A DNA stretch of 64,000 nt from an uncultured Clostridia bacterium. GTDB lineage: Bacteria > Bacillota > Clostridia > Lachnospirales > CAMVHY01. Below are positions 18,526 to 26,050 of this stretch, in pieces; position 1 is the first letter of the stretch, and every line of letters starts with the position of its first letter. Position numbers and translations under genes: made by a program. Location of the stretch: assembly GCA_947073045.1 (NCBI GenBank), contig CAMTJU010000002.1:27651-91650 (forward strand), in the 5' to 3' direction. The notes beneath the pieces were generated by a model. The model was given only the letters and a program-made list of their open reading frames with translations. It was not told the origin of the DNA and did no database searches.

Positions 18526-19920
18526 TTACTCTGATTTAATAGCAGTCAGTGCACTTAATTTTGTGGCTCTGCGGGCCGGGAAATATCCGGATAACAAACC
18601 AACTAAGCCTGAGAAAACTACAGCGGCTATGCAAAGCCAAAGTGGAACTAATGAAACAAGTGGTTTTTGCGCAGCACTCGACATATAAATATAACTGTCA
18701 TTATTAAAAAAAGAAATGTTGGTTGTGTTGAGCAGATACGAAATTAATAAGCTAAACAATGCGCCAATAATACCGCCTAAAAAACCTATTGTAGATGACT
18801 CAACTAAAAACAATTTTTTTATATCGTAAATAGATGCACCAATTACTTTCATAATACCGATTTCGCGCGTGCGTTCGTAAACAGACATTACCATTGTATT
18901 TGCAATACCTATAGCTGCAACAAACAATGAAACTGCACCGATTGCACCAAGTAGTGCCTGCATATTTGCAGCAGTTGAGCGCATGCTCTCTAAATATTCT
19001 CCAGCATAATATGCATTATATCCCATATCTTTAACTTTTTCTGCAATATCCTTAACACTGTTTATATCTTTACATTTTATATCAATCTCGTTATATCCGT
19101 CAGAATTATTGTCGCTATAAAATCCAGAATTATTATTTGCAGATGATTTATCAAATTTTTGTTTTTCTGCCTTTAATTTTTTTACTTGTTCAATCGTCAT
19201 ATAACAATTGTAATCAGATGGACTGTAGCTAAAATCATCATATTTGAGAACGCCGACGAATTTTACTGGATGAGCTTTGGCAGTTGAAGTTGTGGATTTT
19301 TCTCCAGTTGTATCTATATTTCCATAATCCATATCAACGCTAATAGTAATCCTATCTTTCATAACATCAATATCGGGAGCTTTTTCTTGTTGATTTGGAT
19401 CATAAAAATAAAATCTGCGCTTTGTATTTTTTGCAAAGGAGTAAGGAACTTGTCCGCCGCATACAATATTTAATTTATCATCGTCATTCAAAAAACGTCC
19501 GCTCTCTAATTCATAACCTAAGGTTTCTAAAAATTGCGCGTCTATTCCTACAAGATTTAATGTTGCAGAATATTTTCCACTGATTGCTTTTATTGCATAA
19601 GACAAATTTATAATTGGCGAAACTGATTCAACATTTTCTATTTGCTTAAAATTATAGACGGCACTATCATCCATCTTTATTTTATTTTTGCTGCCTTGGG
19701 ATTGCGAACTGATTTGGTCTACACCTACTACATGAATTAAAGTTATGTCGGAAATTTGAGAGATTTGGCTATCAAAATTTTTGTTTAATGCCAGTCCCAA
19801 TGAAATCATTACAACAATTGAAGCTGTTCCGATTATGACGCCTAAAATTGTTAGGAAGGTTCGCAATTTTCTTTTAAACAAATTTTTTAGAGCCATTGCA
19901 ATTACATCAAAATTACTCAT
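18526..19920 (-). CDS. MacB/FtsX-type ABC transporter permease with large extracytoplasmic domain
   Basis: TM1 near the N-terminus, ~270-aa external domain, then three C-terminal FtsX TM helices ending FPARRATKLSALTAIKSE. Start overlaps the upstream gene by 8 nt. Confidence 0.85.
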   Translation of the reverse strand: MSNFDVIAMALKNLFKRKLRTFLTILGVIIGTASIVVMISLGLALNKNFDSQISQISDITLIHVVGVDQISSQSQGSKNKIKMDDSAVYNFKQIENVESVSPIINLSYAIKAISGKYSATLNLVGIDAQFLETLGYELESGRFLNDDDKLNIVCGGQVPYSFAKNTKRRFYFYDPNQQEKAPDIDVMKDRITISVDMDYGNIDTTGEKSTTSTAKAHPVKFVGVLKYDDFSYSPSDYNCYMTIEQVKKLKAEKQKFDKSSANNNSGFYSDNNSDGYNEIDIKCKDINSVKDIAEKVKDMGYNAYYAGEYLESMRSTAANMQALLGAIGAVSLFVAAIGIANTMVMSVYERTREIGIMKVIGASIYDIKKLFLVESSTIGFLGGIIGALFSLLISYLLNTTNISFFNNDSYIYMSSAAQKPLVSLVPLWLCIAAVVFSGLVGLLSGYFPARRATKLSALTAIKSE

Positions 19921-21997
19921 CTAAATCATCAATACCTTTCTTTTTTTTGCGAATCTTTCTGATAATAATTATGCCGCTAATAACTACAATGGCAATTGCT
20001 CCATAAAAATATGGACTTTTCCATATAGATTTTTTTGGTGTTTCAATGGGTTGTGTATCTGAAAAATCACTTGGCATTGGCATAGCTTCTTGAACATTTA
20101 TGGTGAATTCTTTTTCTTGCTGCATGACTTCACCCGCATCATCTTCATATGAAATAATTATTTTGCCTTGTTGTTCACCTGCCTTTATCGGTGTGAAATT
20201 TCCTTCGTACGTATCGCTCGTACTTGTATTAAACTTGCCGTAATAAATAGAACTTTGTTTTGCGTCGAATCCATCCCCTTCTATTTTTATCAACAAGTTG
20301 TTTAAATTAACTTTGCCTGTATTATAAAAATCAAAAGTAATTGCAGTTGGTTGATCAACGTATGCTTCAGTTGGAATATTTATTTCGCTCGTATCAAGTT
20401 TTGTCGCTTGCTTTACACTTATTCCAATTTTCTCTGAAGATTTGAGTTCATTATGTTTTTCGTCTTCGTATTCAAAATCTACAGTTACACTATAATTTTT
20501 AGGAGTAGCAGTAGGAACGGTATACAATCTTAATTTTTTATCGACCTGGCTGCCTGGAGCAATGTCTCCAATAAAAAATGTAGTACTTCCATTGACGGGA
20601 GTAAACACATTTCCTTTTTGTTCATTAGTACTTGTCGTAGCTTCATCTATTGTTAAAGAAACTTTTGTGTTCTCAACGCGTTTTGTTTTATGAGTATTCT
20701 TAAATGACATATTTAAATCAAATTCAGAACCTGCTGTAACTATTAATGGATTTGTGCTGTAGTTGTTAACAATAATTTTAGGTTTGCTTTGCGGAGTATC
20801 AGACGTATCTGCATCTGGATTATTTACGTTGATTCCTATATATTGTTCGAATGAATCTGTGTCGGCTTTATCGTCTGTAACATTTCCGTTTTCATATTCA
20901 ACTTGAAATTTTATTGAATAATTCTGTGTTTTAGACTTAGAAGTTGGAGAGAAAGAAAAATTTAAATCCCTAACATCGGATTTTTTTAATAGGCGCGTTA
21001 AAATTACACTTGATGTATTTGGAACGATTCCGCCATCAGAATCAGTAATGGCTGTAACTTTTACATTTCTTGCATCTACAGAGCCAACATTTTTTAATTT
21101 CATAGAAACGTTTGCTTTTTCACCAACATTAAATGTTTTAGCTGGAACGATTAAATCCGTTAATTCAATCTGAGGTTTATCAGCTTGTGCAATCCCACCG
21201 ATATTTACGTAATAAAAAAAACTTTTTTCATAATCTTTGTCGTCGGTATCTTTATAAGAAACTTTAAAAGTGAGTGGATATGAACCATTTTTTATTTTTG
21301 AAGACGCAATGAAATCAAAACTCAAATATTTTTGGGTACCCGCAGAAAAATCTGGAAAATATGTACCCATTGTAGAATTAGCAAGATTAATTTCGTCAGT
21401 TTTTATACCATCTATTGCAATTTGTAATTCGCGTGCATTTTGTGAGCTTTCATTTTTAATTACGGCTGATAATGAAAATTTATCACCTGGCATAATATTT
21501 GTGTTTGTATTTGTAAAATCAGTGATATTTATAATTGGTGCAGAAACTTCATTTTTTATTTTTACATTAAATGTATCGGAGTCACTGTAATTTGTATTTT
21601 CATCATTCGTAAAAGAATGATTCAATGTAACAGTATAACTGCCGGCTTTTGCATTTTTATCTACATTAATGTGTAGCTTCATAATTTTTTTACCAGTTGC
21701 AGATATAACCGGTACAGCATTTGAGTCATTAACAAAAGAAATTGTAAAAGGTGCGCTAGACTCAACACTAGCTTGAGTTAAATTATTATAGGCCATAGCA
21801 GCACCAACATTTCTAATTGTAAGACTAATGTCTTTTTCCTCACCGGCATTAAGCGTAATAACCGATGGACTTTCTAATTTTACTTTAGGTGTAGCATTAT
21901 TTACAGTAGGGATAGGTTCATCGTCTGCATATGCATTAAAATTAGGCAATGCAAACATCAAAAAAACAGACATCATAACACAAAAAACATTTTTCAT
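19913..21997 (-). CDS. Secreted, C-terminally anchored protein with five CARDB/COG1361-like beta-sandwich repeats
   Basis: Signal peptide (..FNAYA/DD). Five ~100-aa repeats sharing the pattern (V/L)xxG(E/D)xxxhxhxhxNxG...h...GxYxhxhxhxY. C-terminal TM helix followed by RKIRKKKKG. Confidence 0.65.
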   Translation of the reverse strand: MKNVFCVMMSVFLMFALPNFNAYADDEPIPTVNNATPKVKLESPSVITLNAGEEKDISLTIRNVGAAMAYNNLTQASVESSAPFTISFVNDSNAVPVISATGKKIMKLHINVDKNAKAGSYTVTLNHSFTNDENTNYSDSDTFNVKIKNEVSAPIINITDFTNTNTNIMPGDKFSLSAVIKNESSQNARELQIAIDGIKTDEINLANSTMGTYFPDFSAGTQKYLSFDFIASSKIKNGSYPLTFKVSYKDTDDKDYEKSFFYYVNIGGIAQADKPQIELTDLIVPAKTFNVGEKANVSMKLKNVGSVDARNVKVTAITDSDGGIVPNTSSVILTRLLKKSDVRDLNFSFSPTSKSKTQNYSIKFQVEYENGNVTDDKADTDSFEQYIGINVNNPDADTSDTPQSKPKIIVNNYSTNPLIVTAGSEFDLNMSFKNTHKTKRVENTKVSLTIDEATTSTNEQKGNVFTPVNGSTTFFIGDIAPGSQVDKKLRLYTVPTATPKNYSVTVDFEYEDEKHNELKSSEKIGISVKQATKLDTSEINIPTEAYVDQPTAITFDFYNTGKVNLNNLLIKIEGDGFDAKQSSIYYGKFNTSTSDTYEGNFTPIKAGEQQGKIIISYEDDAGEVMQQEKEFTINVQEAMPMPSDFSDTQPIETPKKSIWKSPYFYGAIAIVVISGIIIIRKIRKKKKGIDDLDE

Positions 21998-22017
21998 TTA
22001 TTATAATTCTCCTTTTT

Positions 22018-22707
22018 TTATTCTTTATTTTTTATTTCATCAACTACGCCATCACGAATATGAATAATAGTATCGGCGTAATCGGAAATTTCTAAATCAT
22101 GAGTGACAATAATTAAAGTTTGATTATTTTTACGAGCGATTCCTGTAATTAAATCCATCATTTCAAATGTAGTTTTGGTATCGAGATTACCAGTTGGTTC
22201 GTCTGCAAAAATAACTTGAGGATTATTAACGAAAGCTCTTGCGATACTAACGCGTTGTTGCTGACCGCCGCTCATTTGTGATGGTTTATGATTAATTCTA
22301 TTTTCAAGGCCGACATTTTTAAGCATTTCTCTGGCGCGTTTAATACGAATTTTTTTAGGGACACGCGAGAATACAAGTGGCAAGGAAACATTTTCTAGTG
22401 CAGTCATTGTCGGGAATAAATTATAAGATTGAAAGACAAAGCCAATATATTTTTTACGAAATTCTGCAAGTTGTTCCTCATTAAAATTTTCGATATGCAT
22501 ATTTTTAAATAAAATCTGACCGGCTGAAGGTTTTTCAAGGCCAGCTATCAAATTTAAAAGAGTTGACTTGCCGGAACCAGATGTTCCAAGTATGCAATAA
22601 ATTTTATTTTGCTCAAAGTTCAAATTAATATTATTCAGAGCGACAATTTTTTCACTTCCCATTTTATAAATTTTTTTTATAGCACTAAGCTCGATAATGT
22701 TTTTCAA
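22018..22707 (-). CDS. ABC transporter ATP-binding protein (MacB/LolD-like)
   Basis: Walker A GTSGSGKST, signature MSGGQQQRV, Walker B VIFADEPTG. Track start 22731 has no SD; TTG at 22707 lies 8 nt after AAAGGAG (alternative start 22731). Confidence 0.9.
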   Translation of the reverse strand: MKNIIELSAIKKIYKMGSEKIVALNNINLNFEQNKIYCILGTSGSGKSTLLNLIAGLEKPSAGQILFKNMHIENFNEEQLAEFRKKYIGFVFQSYNLFPTMTALENVSLPLVFSRVPKKIRIKRAREMLKNVGLENRINHKPSQMSGGQQQRVSIARAFVNNPQVIFADEPTGNLDTKTTFEMMDLITGIARKNNQTLIIVTHDLEISDYADTIIHIRDGVVDEIKNKE

Positions 22708-22826
22708 AATCCAATCTCCTTTTTCAGACATTATTTTTATTTTATCATGCCCAATATTTTTTTTAAAGATTCATTGTATAAAATTTATTCATAAAAATTT
22801 TATAAAAGTAGAGAATCAAAGTATTA

Positions 22827-22855
22827 TTGAATTGACGAATATTATTTTATAAAAT
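22827..22855 (+). promoter_or_regulatory. Candidate sigma-A promoter of the SLH surface-protein gene
   Basis: TTGAAT (22827-22832), 17-nt spacer, TAAAAT (22850-22855). Same hexamers and same downstream AAATA as the promoters at 52358 and 59810. Confidence 0.45.
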
Positions 22856-22891
22856 AAATAAAACGACATATTTCGACAGGATGGGTTTAAT

Positions 22892-25750
22892 ATGAAAAAA
22901 GTATTTGTATTTTTTGCGTCATTGCTATTTTTATTTTTTATAAGTGAAAAGTTTTGCCTGACTCAATCTTGTAATTATAATGATGGTTTAAATTTTTCAC
23001 AGCTTATAGATAAAGATATTGAGTTTGGAAAATTCAAACATGTTAAAGACGATAAAGGAACATATGAAGAAAATTCATCGTCATTGATGTGGAAAGTTTT
23101 AAAATTTGATTCTGGCAACAAAAATTTATCTTTGATTAATAAGTATGCGGTGGATTACAAACAGTATAGTAATGCTAATAATTCTAATTGGGACAGTTCA
23201 GATTTAAAAAATTGGTTAGAGAATGATTTTTTGAATTCATTTGGCGAAAATTTAAAATCGCAAATAAAAAATTTATCATTGCCATACGTAGAAAATGAAA
23301 GGATTTATGTAAAAGATGGCCTAGTTTTAGAAGATTGGCCTTTAACTTGCAAAGATAATCAAGATTATGTTTCGTGGTGGACGAAAACAGCTAATAATAC
23401 TACGGCAGTTAAAATAGTTAAATACAAAAATGGCGCTTATACAATTGGTTCTTATAGTTCAAAAGGTTCAGTGTTTGTTAGACCGTGCATGGATTTAGAT
23501 TTAGGTAATGTTATTTATTTTGATTCGGATAGTTGTGATGATTTTTCATTTATTGTTGGAGATAGCGTCGGAAAAATAGATGGCATTTGTGAAAGTTATG
23601 AGATAAATTTGGGCGAGGATTTGAATTTGAATTTTGATGTGATTGATGCACAAGGTGATTATTCTGTAGTTTATAAGATTGTTTCGAATGGAGAGATTTT
23701 ATCGCATGGGACCATCGAAAATAAAATAATGAAAACGTCGAATTTGGATTTGGGTAATTATGATGTTTATGTATGGCTGCAGAAAAAAGAAATGAATTTT
23801 AATTTGACAAGCGAACCTAAAAAATTTGAGTTAAAGGTTTTGGATTCTGACCCGGAGATTTTTGATGTAAGATTTTCGTCGTATGCGCATAGAAAAAATT
23901 TTGAAAAAAATATTTTAGTTGGTATAAGCGGCAAAAATTTCAAAGCCAATGACAAAATGCAAATAAAATTTTTTGACGGCAATGAAGAAAAATTTTCTAT
24001 GGACAAATTTATTGAAGATGATGCAGAGGAAATTTCATTTTTTATTGAAAAAGACAAGCTTTGTAATTTACCACTTGGAAATTATGATATTAAAATTAAT
24101 TTGTCGCGCGACAATAAAATTTTGATTGAGAAGGATTTGGAGTTTAATTATGTTGTCTCGGATTTGCCAGTTGTATCTGAAATTATTTTGACTCCAGCTG
24201 CATTAAATATTTCGCTGGATGAAAAGAAAATTGATTTTTGTATGAAATTGGATGCCATGCAGGAAAATGATGAAGTTGTTTCAGCAGCAGCTTATATTTT
24301 AAATAATGATAGCGAAAAAATTGCTCAGTGCGAAGATTTTTTTGGCGGTGGCAATAATAATTATTTTGGCCAGATTCGTTTGCCAGATAATATTTGTGTT
24401 GGCAATTATAAATTTGAGGCACAGTTTAAAATAAAGAATGACTATTTCAGTGACGAACATATTATTTATTCGCCAATTATAAATTTTTTAATTAGCCAGC
24501 TAAAATTAAATCAGCCAAAAGTAAATTTACTAGGTGGCAAATATTTTTCAGCAAAGAGAATAATTTTGGAATCGGAAGACGATGCAAAAATTTTTTATAC
24601 GTTAGATGGGTCAATGCCAAACGAAAGTTCGAATATTTTTGATAAATCATTTGTACTTGGCAATGGGAAGCATAATTTGAAAGCAATTGCTATAAAAGAA
24701 AACTATGAGGCAAGCCAAATTCTTGAGCAATCTTATAATATTATTAGTTCGTCGAGTTCGAATGATGACGAATTTTATGATACAGATGTTACAAATGAAG
24801 AAGAGATAGCTGAAAATGATGATGCAAAAATAAAAGAAGTTGAAACTACAGATGAAATTGATTTTTATCCGACAAAACAAAATTTAAATTCATTGACTGA
24901 TAAAAATAAAGTTGTGCAAATTGAGGCGCAGGCACAAGAATCCGCTAAATTGAATTTAACAAATGAAATTGTTTCGTATATTGCAGACAATTTCTTTGGA
25001 TTAAAGTTTGGCATAAAAAATTTTGGCTATATTAACGTAAGCCAAGATATTTTCAAAGATTTAATAGGTCATGATATTTCAATAGAAATTGCGCGCAATG
25101 GATTTGCTTTCAATATAAAAGTTGATGGAAAAGATTTCGTTTCAAACAAAAATGAATTTGAAATGAGTTTTGTATATAACACTGGGGAAAATTTGGATAC
25201 GGATAGTTTGGTTGTGTTTAAGCGTGTTACAGATAAAAATGAAATTGTTGCGAAAAGTTTTTATGATACCGATAAAAAAATTATGAGCTGCAAAACGAAA
25301 ACAGGTGGAACATTTGGCGTTGTATACAACAAAATTGTATTTAGCGATGTAAATTCAAAAGAAATTGCATATTTGGCTGCAAGAAATATTTTGAATGGGG
25401 TTGGGGGAAATAGATTTTTGCCTGATTCAAACATCAAGCGTGTAGATTTTTTAATAACGCTAATGAAGATTTTGGGTATTCAGCCCGATTCGCTGTCGGA
25501 TAATTTTTCGGATTGCGAAAATAAATATTACAGTGCTTACACGGCAACAGCAAAAAAATTGAAGTTGGTCAATGGTGTTGGCGAAAACAAGTTTGAACCG
25601 GAAAATTTTTTGACTTTTAGGGATATGTATTTTATGGCAAATAATTTTTTTGGCAATACAAAATTAAATTTTATAGAAAATGATTTTGTTAAACGCTCAG
25701 ACGCTGCCAAGTTTTTATTTGAAATTTTAAAAAATAGTTTTGAAAGTTAG
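22892..25750 (+). CDS. Large secreted surface protein: DUF6273-like N-domain, Ig-like repeats, chitobiase/hexosaminidase-C-like domain, C-terminal SLH domains
   Basis: Signal peptide. LMWKVLKFD...SNWDSSDLKNWLENDFLNSF (DUF6273 pattern). KIFYTLDGSMPNESS (CHB_HEX_C-type motif). C-terminal FSDVNSKEIAYLAARNILNGVGGNRFLPDSNIKRVDF and FSDCENKYY...LVNGVGENKFEPENFLTFRD (SLH). Confidence 0.65.
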   Translation: MKKVFVFFASLLFLFFISEKFCLTQSCNYNDGLNFSQLIDKDIEFGKFKHVKDDKGTYEENSSSLMWKVLKFDSGNKNLSLINKYAVDYKQYSNANNSNWDSSDLKNWLENDFLNSFGENLKSQIKNLSLPYVENERIYVKDGLVLEDWPLTCKDNQDYVSWWTKTANNTTAVKIVKYKNGAYTIGSYSSKGSVFVRPCMDLDLGNVIYFDSDSCDDFSFIVGDSVGKIDGICESYEINLGEDLNLNFDVIDAQGDYSVVYKIVSNGEILSHGTIENKIMKTSNLDLGNYDVYVWLQKKEMNFNLTSEPKKFELKVLDSDPEIFDVRFSSYAHRKNFEKNILVGISGKNFKANDKMQIKFFDGNEEKFSMDKFIEDDAEEISFFIEKDKLCNLPLGNYDIKINLSRDNKILIEKDLEFNYVVSDLPVVSEIILTPAALNISLDEKKIDFCMKLDAMQENDEVVSAAAYILNNDSEKIAQCEDFFGGGNNNYFGQIRLPDNICVGNYKFEAQFKIKNDYFSDEHIIYSPIINFLISQLKLNQPKVNLLGGKYFSAKRIILESEDDAKIFYTLDGSMPNESSNIFDKSFVLGNGKHNLKAIAIKENYEASQILEQSYNIISSSSSNDDEFYDTDVTNEEEIAENDDAKIKEVETTDEIDFYPTKQNLNSLTDKNKVVQIEAQAQESAKLNLTNEIVSYIADNFFGLKFGIKNFGYINVSQDIFKDLIGHDISIEIARNGFAFNIKVDGKDFVSNKNEFEMSFVYNTGENLDTDSLVVFKRVTDKNEIVAKSFYDTDKKIMSCKTKTGGTFGVVYNKIVFSDVNSKEIAYLAARNILNGVGGNRFLPDSNIKRVDFLITLMKILGIQPDSLSDNFSDCENKYYSAYTATAKKLKLVNGVGENKFEPENFLTFRDMYFMANNFFGNTKLNFIENDFVKRSDAAKFLFEILKNSFES

Positions 25751-25790
25751 GCAAAATTTAATTTTTTAAACTTGTCTTGAAAGAAATATA

Positions 25791-25821
25791 CTTACTTTTT
25801 CTTTTGAAAGAAAAAGTAAGC
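25791..25821. repeat. Hairpin repeat family member (CTTACTTTTTCTT-TTGA-AAGAAAAAGTAAG+C)
   Basis: Perfect 13-bp stem with 4-nt loop, 41 nt after the stop of the 952-aa gene. Confidence 0.6.
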
Positions 25822-25900
25822 ATAAGCATCTCATTTTGAGCTGCTTCATAAAAAGAAACAAAAATAAAAAATCTCAAGCAAATACTTGAGATTTTTTTGT
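25816..25900 (+). repeat. Left copy of the ~85-bp direct repeat (spacer plus terminator module) flanking the Ca-ATPase gene
   Basis: GTAAGCATAAGCATCTCATTTTGAGCTGCTTCATAAAAAGAAA..AAAAAATCTCAAGCAAATACTTGAGATTTTTTTGT aligns with 28685-28770. Confidence 0.6.
25866..25898 (+). terminator. Rho-independent terminator after the 952-aa gene
   Basis: ATCTCAAG (25871-25878), CAAATA loop, CTTGAGAT (25885-25892), T-run. Confidence 0.7.
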
Positions 25901-26050
25901 TAAAGTTTTTTCATCAAGTACCTCAAAATGAGATGTTTATGTAAACTTTTTTTACAAAAAAGTTCTATTTTAATTTTCATAACCAAACACCAGTATATTT
26001 AAATATTTTTTTTGGCATGATAGAATAATAAAAATGAAAGGAGGAAAAAA

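Noticed and set aside
25766-25849. Small minus-strand ORFs inside the two direct-repeat copies: MKQLKMRCLCLLFLSKEKVSIFLSRQV (25766-25849) and MKQFRMRHLCLLAFLKKQADFNF (28647-28718). They looked like a conserved micro-peptide or type I toxin.
   Set aside because: No SD precedes either ATG; the upstream sequence is the terminator A/T run. Every nucleotide difference in the shared part is non-synonymous, and the C-terminal halves are unrelated. The similarity is explained by the non-coding DNA repeat.
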